Origin: Candidatus Omnitrophota bacterium
Lineage (GTDB): Bacteria > Omnitrophota > Omnitrophia > Omnitrophales > JACROU01
Assembly: GCA_029261035.1 (NCBI GenBank)
Contig: JAJDCD010000012.1
Location: 158,776 to 222,775 of the forward strand
Length of the DNA: 64,000 bases
Direction of reading: 5' to 3'
In this document: positions 57,690-64,000 of the stretch, in pieces
Numbering within the stretch: position 1 is the stretch's first letter
Layout: each line of letters starts with the position of its first letter
Program-made: the position numbers and the translations under genes
The notes under the pieces: model-generated
The model's input: the letters and a program-made list of their open reading frames with translations, nothing else
Told to the model about the DNA's origin: nothing
The model's database searches: none

Positions 57690-59322
57690 AGATAGGAATT
57701 CTTATGATAAATTGGGTTCCAAGATCTGGATTACTGATTACCTCAATATCACCCCCATGAAGCTCAATAATATATTTACTCATATACAAACCAATACCAG
57801 AACCTTTACCTTCTTTTTTTGTTGTAAATCTGAAATTAAAAATTTTCTTCTTTATTTCATCAGACATCCCACAGCCATTATCTGAAAAATCAACCTTCAG
57901 CAAAGACTCATTTTCTTCATCACGAGATGCTTTAACCGTTATTCTTTTTTCCCTCTGACTTAGTAAAGCATGTGTAGAGTTAATAAACAAATTCAAAAAC
58001 ACTTCTTGCAAACGCTCTAAATCCCCTTTAATCAAAGGTACATCAGGAGCAATATCTATATCCACATCCACCCCAGATAAGTTATCCATATAAGTCTGGA
58101 ACCGAACCAAAGGAAGAGTCTCTTCTAATACAAGTTTTAACGATAGAGGCTGCATATGCCCCTTCTCATGTTTTCGCAAAAGTCCTGTCAGCGTGTTAAC
58201 AACAGCCTTAATACGCCCTATATTTGAATCAATCTTTTTAAATACATCCAAAACTTCACTTACCTTTAAATCTTTATTTTTTCTGTATTTCAAAATAACA
58301 CGACTTACATTCATTGACAGAATAGTTAAAGGATTATTGATTTCATGCCCTACAGAAGAAGATAAACGTCCTAATGTTGCCATCTTTTGCTCGTGCAATA
58401 GTTGAGCCTGTTTATCTTGCAATTGTTTGTTAGCCTCTTCCGTTTCCTTTAATGCTTCAATTAACTTATTTTGAGCGTCTGAAAATTCAAAATTAATAGA
58501 CTCCAATTTCTTACTTTTTGTAAGGGCTTCCTCATACAAACGTGAGTTTTCCATCGAGATTGCTAATTCTTGAACTAACTGAAACAATAAAGCCAGGTCG
58601 TCCTTATGAAAACTTTTCTTATCTTTTCTTTCCCCCAATAACAAAATAATTTTCATTTCACTGCCCAGAAAACTAGGAATAATACTAGCCGATTGAAGCC
58701 TCATCATTTCTTGTTTTAACAACTCACAGGAATAAGGTGCTGGAGCCCAACTTAAACCTCGGTTAGATTCCTGAATTACAGCTTCTAATCTCTCCAAACA
58801 AACAGATTGTTTTTCATTTTCCAAAAAGCTAATTAAAGGATTTCTCTCATCTACAGACAAAGCTATTTCTTCTTTTATCAAATATCCACGTTGATAAGCT
58901 AAACGAAACAAGCCTTCTTGGTCCTTATAAAGAATAGCAGCGTTCTTAACTTCAAGTATCAGTGTAGCGAAATGTACGATCAAACTAAACAATCTTCTTC
59001 TACTGCTAACTTTTGCTAAACGACGACTCACATCTTCAAGTAAATGCTTATATATAAGTTTTCTTGGAAAAAAGACCCAATCTAGGATCGTTTCTGTATG
59101 AGGGTATAAAAGATCATAAATAACGAAGGATAAAAAAGAAACCAACCCTACCAAAACCCAATGATTAATAGTTGTGGCAGATAAAAAATATCGGTTGCAG
59201 ATATAAAGAACAAAGTAGAGAGATAAAAAAACAGTAAGGAAGAATAAAGATTTTACAGCTTGTTTTGAAATGAAGTTGATTAGCGTAGGTTTTGAACCTG
59301 GATTGAATTTTTCTCTTGCCAT
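57652..59322 (-). CDS. Membrane sensor histidine kinase (HisKA + HATPase_c).
   Basis: ORF track, 556 aa. N-terminal TM helices, H-box SSVGHEINNPLTIL, and N/G1/G2 boxes (DNGCGM...GSGIGL). Overlaps the receiver gene start. Confidence 0.88.
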   Translation of the reverse strand: MAREKFNPGSKPTLINFISKQAVKSLFFLTVFLSLYFVLYICNRYFLSATTINHWVLVGLVSFLSFVIYDLLYPHTETILDWVFFPRKLIYKHLLEDVSRRLAKVSSRRRLFSLIVHFATLILEVKNAAILYKDQEGLFRLAYQRGYLIKEEIALSVDERNPLISFLENEKQSVCLERLEAVIQESNRGLSWAPAPYSCELLKQEMMRLQSASIIPSFLGSEMKIILLLGERKDKKSFHKDDLALLFQLVQELAISMENSRLYEEALTKSKKLESINFEFSDAQNKLIEALKETEEANKQLQDKQAQLLHEQKMATLGRLSSSVGHEINNPLTILSMNVSRVILKYRKNKDLKVSEVLDVFKKIDSNIGRIKAVVNTLTGLLRKHEKGHMQPLSLKLVLEETLPLVRFQTYMDNLSGVDVDIDIAPDVPLIKGDLERLQEVFLNLFINSTHALLSQREKRITVKASRDEENESLLKVDFSDNGCGMSDEIKKKIFNFRFTTKKEGKGSGIGLYMSKYIIELHGGDIEVISNPDLGTQFIIRIPIFEEVEHEETISH

Positions 59323-59484
59323 TGCAACTCCTGTTGCTATCTTATTTTATTTCATTCATACGTTCTCACTGAAATAATATATCGGCACTCAGAACCAGAA
59401 CCTAAGCCTTGATGTCCAAGGAAAAATACTTAGATTTACTTAATAAACTACTTCATCCCCTACCAAATGTCAAACCATTGAAAA

Positions 59485-59569
59485 TGGTGGCGCCGGAGAG
59501 ACTTGAACTCTCACACCTTGCGGTACATGATCCTAAGTCATGCGCGTCTGCCAATTCCGCCACAGCGCC
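59485..59569 (-). tRNA. tRNA-Leu (anticodon UAG), class II with a long variable arm, CCA encoded.
   Basis: Minus-strand sequence ggcgctgtggcggaattggcagacgcgcatgacttaggatcatgtaccgcaaggtgtgagagttcaagtctctccggcgccacca: 7-bp acceptor stem (one G-U), anticodon stem catga/tcatg with loop cuUAGga, 13-nt variable arm. Confidence 0.85.
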
Positions 59570-59599
59570 AGAACTAGATTAAAATTCAGCTTGTATTAC

Positions 59600-59860
59600 T
59601 AATTAATAATTTCACAAAGTGCACCGTGCACCCAAGGGAATATCCCCTTCAGCACCAGGCTAATCACTTCGCTACGCTTCGTAGCCGATGCTGGACTCAT
59701 ACCTTCCACATTTTATGATGTGGTGCATGGTCTGCCAGTCGACAAAACGATGTTTGCCTGTCGTGCACTTAGCTGTGAACCGTTTTTTGTGTTCACGCTT
59801 AGCATAGTGCATGGCCAATTCCCTGCCTGCCGGCAGGCAGGCGCCAGCTTCAGCGCCCTG
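59600..59860. other. GC-rich, palindrome-dense ~260-bp non-coding island between tRNA-Leu and tRNA-Lys. Candidate structured RNA or integration/recombination scar.
   Basis: Perfect 20-mer palindrome cctgcctgccggcaggcagg; other self-complementary stretches gtgcaccgtgcac, ggggatattccc, gctacgcttcgtagc, cttcagggcgctgaag, tgaacacaaaaaacggttca. GC content is markedly above surroundings. No ORF, and no match I can recognise to RNase P, tmRNA, SRP or 6S consensus elements. Confidence 0.35.
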
Positions 59861-60009
59861 AAGAGATCAAAATTATAAAGTATAAGCTAAAAAATAGCGA
59901 GAAAATCATATATATGATTTTCACTCTCATTTTGAATTTTTACTCTTCCATCTTTATTTGTATGGCCTACCATACGAAGCTAAGGACACGCTAGTGCCTT
60001 AGCGTAGTA

Positions 60010-60086
60010 TGGTGCCCGCACTAGGACTTGAACCTAGGACCCACTGATTAAGAGTCAGTTGCTCTAGCCAACTGAGCTATGCGGGC
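60010..60086 (-). tRNA. tRNA-Lys (anticodon CUU), CCA encoded.
   Basis: Minus-strand sequence gcccgcatagctcagttggctagagcaactgactcttaatcagtgggtcctaggttcaagtcctagtgcgggcacca: acceptor stem gcccgca/tgcgggc, anticodon loop cuCUUaa, T-loop ttcaagt. Confidence 0.85.
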
Positions 60087-60174
60087 AAAGTTATACCGCA
60101 TAGCTAAGTTGGCGTTATAGCTGCCTGTCTGCCATCTTGCTGGGCAGAAGCTATGCGGACTTATTATTTTATCT

Positions 60175-60849
60175 TTACGCCCTGTTTCTCTTCTTATCGA
60201 AATAGTCAAGGTCAGATAAAGGAACAGCTACAGATGTCGCAATATTGGTTAAATGCGCTGTAATTCGTTTAAAATACCTTGCTGTCAAAGTTAGGGAAAC
60301 GGTTTCATCGGACGGATAATTACTTTTTACTAGCTTCTTTAAAATTTCATCACAAGTCTCAGAAACTTCTCTCTCAACTTCCCATACAGATTCTGCCTTT
60401 TTTTCATCCGAATTCATAAAAGCTGTTTTTGTTTGTTTAAACAGTTGGAGAATTTTCTCATCAATAGAGTCAAACAATTCAACAAACTTCTGATTGTCTA
60501 AAGGTTTACCTGTAAATGTAGTAACTTCGTATAAGTTTTTTGAGTAATCCCCCAATCTCTCAGCATCCTTAACCACACTCATCAGCAATAACGAGGTCGA
60601 CATATCCACGGAGGGCTGAACGGCCAAATGTTCAACAATCCGTTTGCGAATTTCTTTTTCACGACTATTTACGCGGAAATCTATGTCATAAATAATCTTC
60701 TTAAGATCACCTTCTCCTTTATCGCGAATTAATTTGTCGCAAACAATCACAAACATCTCTTCTGTGTCATCCAGCATTTTTTTAAAATCCCCTAATACTT
60801 CGCTGACAAAATCACTACCTTTCCAAAACTGCATTAAATTTTTAAACAT
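60175..60849 (-). CDS. phoU: PhoU-family phosphate transport regulator.
   Basis: ORF track, 224 aa, with the two-repeat PhoU helical architecture and a position downstream of a Na/Pi cotransporter gene. Confidence 0.8.
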   Translation of the reverse strand: MFKNLMQFWKGSDFVSEVLGDFKKMLDDTEEMFVIVCDKLIRDKGEGDLKKIIYDIDFRVNSREKEIRKRIVEHLAVQPSVDMSTSLLLMSVVKDAERLGDYSKNLYEVTTFTGKPLDNQKFVELFDSIDEKILQLFKQTKTAFMNSDEKKAESVWEVEREVSETCDEILKKLVKSNYPSDETVSLTLTARYFKRITAHLTNIATSVAVPLSDLDYFDKKRNRA

Positions 60850-60885
60850 AGCACCTTCTCCTTTTAACCCTAAGTGGACTCATCT

Positions 60886-62019
60886 TTAATTAAATAACTT
60901 TGATATCAAAATCATCAATGCCGGAAGAATAAAAAACACTCCGGTAACATAAAATATGGCATACCTTCTCTTCTTAAATGCTAACTCACTCAAACCTTTA
61001 GCTAAGCGAATTGGAATGGTTCTAAAAATCTTAATAGGGTAAATAATAACCACACCAATAAAATTAAAGAGGAAATGAACAAATGCAATCGTAATTGCTG
61101 CTATATTCCCTGTCGCTAAAGAAGCTAAAATGGCTGTCCCCGTAGTTCCAATATTAGCTCCAAGAGTTACGGGGAAAGCAAACTCAATTGTAACAATACC
61201 AGCCGCAATCATAGGAATTAACAAGGATGTTGTAATAGAACTACTCTGAACAATGATCGTAAAAATAATCCCTGCAAAAATCCCAACAATCCCCCCTTTA
61301 GTCAAAATGTTATTTAAAACCGTTTCTGTTTTATCTAACACAAGTGACTTCATAACCTTAACAATGCCAAAAAGAGTAAAATACATAATAATAATTGAGA
61401 CCACTAAAATGAGTATGTAACTTAGATTATGTGAAGCTTCGAAAAGGTCAAGAAACATATTTTTAATATAGTTTATCGTTGGTTTGGTTACCATCTTAAG
61501 AGGGCTCGTAAATTTAATCCCTCCTATTGATTCAAACTGAGAAGACATAAACATAGCTGTTTTCTGAAGAAACCCGGTCATCAGCTCTAAAGGAAATATA
61601 ATAGCAACACAAATTAAATTGAAGAAATCATGAACCGTCGCGCCTGCAATCGCACGTTTAAATTCTTCACGGCGCGTAATATGTGCCAGAGATACTAATG
61701 TATTCGTTACCGTTGTCCCAATATTGGCACCCATAATAACAGGGATCGCATTTTCAATAGTAATCACACCCGATGCAACAATACCGACCAGAATGGAGGT
61801 TGTGGTTGAGGAACTTTGAACCAAACTTGTAGCAAGAATACCAATAAACAAACCAACGAAAGGGTTATTCGTTGTCGTCAACAAGGTTTCAGCAAAACCT
61901 TTGCCAAATCCCTTGAAAGCAGCTCCCAGCAACCCAATACTAACTAAAAACCAATAAATTAAACCAATAACAATAAGTAGCTTAAGAATGGTTTTAATTA
62001 TTTTATTATCCATACCCAC
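60886..62019 (-). CDS. Na+/phosphate cotransporter (NptA / Na_Pi_cotrans family), membrane protein.
   Basis: ORF track, 377 aa, with two internal repeats carrying QSSS.TTS motifs (VQSSSTTTSILV ... VQSSSITTSLLI). Confidence 0.82.
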   Translation of the reverse strand: MGMDNKIIKTILKLLIVIGLIYWFLVSIGLLGAAFKGFGKGFAETLLTTTNNPFVGLFIGILATSLVQSSSTTTSILVGIVASGVITIENAIPVIMGANIGTTVTNTLVSLAHITRREEFKRAIAGATVHDFFNLICVAIIFPLELMTGFLQKTAMFMSSQFESIGGIKFTSPLKMVTKPTINYIKNMFLDLFEASHNLSYILILVVSIIIMYFTLFGIVKVMKSLVLDKTETVLNNILTKGGIVGIFAGIIFTIIVQSSSITTSLLIPMIAAGIVTIEFAFPVTLGANIGTTGTAILASLATGNIAAITIAFVHFLFNFIGVVIIYPIKIFRTIPIRLAKGLSELAFKKRRYAIFYVTGVFFILPALMILISKLFN

Positions 62020-62141
62020 CTAAACGAAAAATGCATTCTACATTCAGAAATCAATAAGAAATTAGATTTAAACTTTATACAGGAACGTAATACTATAACA
62101 AAACCTCTACATTGTCACATTGAAATTGCACCAAAAAGCAA

Positions 62142-62174
62142 CTTTTACATTCACCTTACAATTGCTTTACATTC
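62142..62174 (-). promoter_or_regulatory. Array of 7-bp direct repeats with 11-bp phasing (GAATGTA-aagc-AATTGTA-aggt-GAATGTA), plus further (C/T)AATGT(A/G) copies at 62036-62047 and 62107-62122, upstream of the Na/Pi cotransporter-phoU operon. The architecture resembles a Pho box.
   Basis: Minus-strand gaatgtaaagcaattgtaaggtgaatgtaaaag has the repeat starts exactly 11 nt apart. It lies 120-160 nt upstream of the ATG at 62019. Confidence 0.45.
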
Positions 62175-62214
62175 AAGGGCTAAAACACTCATTCAATTCA
62201 AAACTCAACACAAT

Positions 62215-62258
62215 AAAAAGGGTCAAGATTACAACTTCACGTATCCTTGACCCTTTTT
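62215..62258. terminator. Bidirectional Rho-independent terminator: 8-bp GC-containing stem GGGTCAAG...CTTGACCC flanked by A5 upstream and T5 downstream.
   Basis: Plus-strand aaaaaGGGTCAAGattacaacttcacgtatcCTTGACCCttttt. On the minus strand it lies 27 nt downstream of the stop of the small secreted-protein gene. Confidence 0.7.
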
Positions 62259-62284
62259 AATTTTAAATTAAAATCTCAACAAGC

Positions 62285-62674
62285 TTATTTTACAGTAAAT
62301 ACAATAATTGACGTTGCCCCATTTGCAACAAAATTAGCTCTGTACTTACCTGACTTCAATTTTTCACCACTTAATAGTTTATCCAAAGCACCTTTTGGAG
62401 CTTCAAATAATAATAGAGCTGGAGCAGCTCCCGCTTGTGGGTTCCCAGAAGCATCTGCTTTAAAAATATTAACAATTACTTGACCTTCTCCTTCAACTTC
62501 AATCTTTGAATTAGAAGGAACTGTACCTTCAACTTCAGCGAAAACACTCCCCTTCACAGCTTCTTGTCCATTGATAGAAACTTTAAAAGGATATATTGGA
62601 TCCGTTTCTGCATTTGCAATAGAACCTAAAGAACAAAAAATACCCATCATTAAAATCACCAACATTTTATTCAT
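62285..62674 (-). CDS. Small secreted protein of unknown function (signal peptide plus ~105-aa mature domain).
   Basis: ORF track, 129 aa. N-terminus MNKMLVILMMGIFCSLGSIANA (Sec signal, AxA cleavage site); no motif I recognise. A terminator follows it. Confidence 0.6.
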   Translation of the reverse strand: MNKMLVILMMGIFCSLGSIANAETDPIYPFKVSINGQEAVKGSVFAEVEGTVPSNSKIEVEGEGQVIVNIFKADASGNPQAGAAPALLLFEAPKGALDKLLSGEKLKSGKYRANFVANGATSIIVFTVK

Positions 62675-62785
62675 AACACTTCTCCTCTTTTGAGATCCTA
62701 TCAGTCGCGCTTGGTCGCGCTCCTTCAGGATAAATTAGTACGGGCAACTTCAGCCTCACTGCGTGAGTCTAAGTTGTGTACTCAT

Positions 62786-63313
62786 TTACTTGTCTTGAAA
62801 AACTCGACTCCCCACAGTTTGAAGTTGTCCCTGGTACTTCCCACTATAAGGTGTTTCTGCCGCGTTATCCATTTTACAAAAAACCAACTGACAAACCCGT
62901 CTACCAGCCTCTAACTTGATGGGTAATGAATTTGCATTATATAGCTCTAATGTAATCCTTCCTTTAAAACCAGGATCTACCCATCCTGCATTTTGAATAA
63001 ACAGACCCATACGACCAATAGAGCTTCGCCCTTCAACAAAAGCCGTTAGGTCCTCAGGAAGTTCGATGTACTCTTGAGTTGTAGCTAAAATAAAGGAATG
63101 AGGTGGAAGTGTTATTTCTTTGGATTGTAACTTGCGGTATTTAATTTCGGAATTTAAGGTAAGGATATCCATGTTGTTTTCATCGACAACAAGAAAATCA
63201 TCTCCCAAAGTGCAATCAACCGAAGCTGGTTGAACACCATTTGAAGCCAAAGGTTCAATTTTTAATTTCTTTTGTTCTAGATATTGTTTAATTGTCTTAT
63301 CAGATAAAATCAT
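62786..63313 (-). CDS. dcd: dCTP deaminase (Dcd/dUTPase superfamily).
   Basis: ORF track, 175 aa: MILSDKTIKQYLE...PASVDC...GRSSIGRMGLF...GWVDPGFKG signatures. Confidence 0.88.
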   Translation of the reverse strand: MILSDKTIKQYLEQKKLKIEPLASNGVQPASVDCTLGDDFLVVDENNMDILTLNSEIKYRKLQSKEITLPPHSFILATTQEYIELPEDLTAFVEGRSSIGRMGLFIQNAGWVDPGFKGRITLELYNANSLPIKLEAGRRVCQLVFCKMDNAAETPYSGKYQGQLQTVGSRVFQDK

Positions 63314-63319
63314 AAAACC

Positions 63320-63778
63320 CTAACTTTTGTTATTCGCTGTTAATTGTTCAACAGCAATTTGCTTCATCTTTTCAACCATAGAATAAAAACCATTAGTACG
63401 ATTTGCACTAAGCTGATTTTCCAAACCCAATTGGGTGAATATATTTTTAACATCCGTTGTTAATATAGTTTCAGGAGTTTGATGATTGAATAAGGCCATC
63501 AAAACAGCAACAAGGCCTTTTACAATATGAGAGTCACTATCCGCTTTAAAAGAAACAACACCTTTGTCTTCTAATAAAGATTCTCTAACTAACCATACCT
63601 GGCTAGAACAACCGCGAACACGATATTCCTCAACCTTAAATTCTTCAGGAAAAGCAGAGATTTTTTTGCCTAACTGGATAAGAAAACGATACTTCTCTTC
63701 CCATGAGTCTAGTAGCTGAAAATTTCTAAGAATACGATCAATCGTAATTGTTTTGTTTTCCGGAGTAACTGTAGACAT
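63320..63778 (-). CDS. sufE: Cysteine desulfuration protein SufE (sulfur acceptor).
   Basis: ORF track, 152 aa, with the conserved active-site context RVRGCSSQVWL. Confidence 0.88.
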   Translation of the reverse strand: MSTVTPENKTITIDRILRNFQLLDSWEEKYRFLIQLGKKISAFPEEFKVEEYRVRGCSSQVWLVRESLLEDKGVVSFKADSDSHIVKGLVAVLMALFNHQTPETILTTDVKNIFTQLGLENQLSANRTNGFYSMVEKMKQIAVEQLTANNKS

Positions 63779-63785
63779 GGGGAAA

Positions 63786-64000
63786 TTAAACCAATCCGCC
63801 TTCTATTCCCTTACGAATAACTGCTGTGGCATTGTGGCTATGAAGAGATTCCCAGTGCTCCACAGAAACAACCCAATCCTTAATTCTTTTCTCTGCATTC
63901 AACTCTACACTTAAATTTCTAGACGCATGCTCCACAAAAATAGGATTAGCTCCGTTCAAAATTGCAAATGCTTGTTCATCTACTCTTTTTACTAAACTTT
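63786..64000 (-). CDS. 3' end of a gene truncated by the window edge. By synteny with sufE it is probably a SufS/CsdA-family cysteine desulfurase.
   Basis: Minus-strand translation ...SLVKRVDEQAFAILNGANPIFVEHASRNLSVELNAEKRIKDWVVSVEHWESLHSHNATAVIRKGIEGGLV* ends at TAA (plus 'tta' at 63786-63788), 7 nt upstream of the sufE start. It is not in the ORF track because it has no in-window start. Confidence 0.4.
   Translation of the reverse strand, partial: SLVKRVDEQAFAILNGANPIFVEHASRNLSVELNAEKRIKDWVVSVEHWESLHSHNATAVIRKGIEGGLV

Noticed and set aside
59570-60009. Possibility that the GC-rich island is tmRNA, RNase P RNA or SRP RNA.
   Set aside because: I could not find the conserved hallmarks: tmRNA tag-reading frame plus T-arm GGUUCGA...CCACCA; RNase P GGAAAGUCCGG / ACAGAA.CCGGCUUA; SRP GGAAGCAGC apical loop. 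The segment is kept only as an unassigned structured element.

Overview
This is a 64-kb window from an AT-rich (roughly mid-30s % GC by eye) bacterial chromosome. Every supportable gene is on the minus strand.

The left 36.2 kb (1..36230) is a single uninterrupted minus-strand reading frame. It starts at an ATG at 36228-36230 that has its own AGGAGG Shine-Dalgarno and a near-consensus sigma70 promoter (TTGACA-17-TATAGT), and it runs off the left edge of the window. That is at least 12,076 codons in-window. No in-frame fragment of it appears in the supplied ORF track; the track also omits the 3'-partial gene at 63786-64000, so the simplest explanation is that it only reports ORFs with both ends inside the window.

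Translation shows a secreted or surface mosaic protein:
- an N-terminal signal peptide or signal anchor;
- at least two large YD/Rhs-type repeat blocks, the first built from about 36 copies of a 63-aa triple-YD unit;
- about 10 copies of a 56-aa 'TETDKNGN' repeat;
- six divergent ~310-aa modules carrying a (L)TA(E/K/N)TNYYG motif;
- a helical region of roughly 2,300 aa;
- a His-rich motif, then a Gly/Thr-rich beta-type region that ends in a hydrophobic Gly-rich segment at the window edge.

This is the standout feature and the best candidate for the undescribed system. The protein is of the giant Rhs/teneurin-like or polymorphic-toxin-like adhesin class, its function is unknown and its C-terminus lies outside the window.

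Immediately upstream on the same strand is a four-gene RND efflux operon: an outer-membrane factor with an unusual ~300-aa charged N-terminal extension, a membrane-fusion adaptor, and two tandem RND permeases.

The rest of the window, all minus strand, holds:
- housekeeping genes proS, rseP, dxr, cdsA, uppS, purA, serA, clpP and tig;
- tRNA-Gly(GCC);
- a two-component pair (single-domain CheY-like receiver plus membrane histidine kinase);
- tRNA-Leu(UAG) and tRNA-Lys(CUU), flanking a GC-rich, palindrome-dense ~260-bp island;
- a phoU-like gene and a Na/Pi cotransporter preceded by an 11-bp-phased direct-repeat array (GAATGTA boxes);
- a strong bidirectional terminator hairpin;
- a small signal-peptide protein, dcd, sufE and the 3' end of a probable cysteine desulfurase gene.

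All coordinates I derived by hand carry an uncertainty of a base or two.
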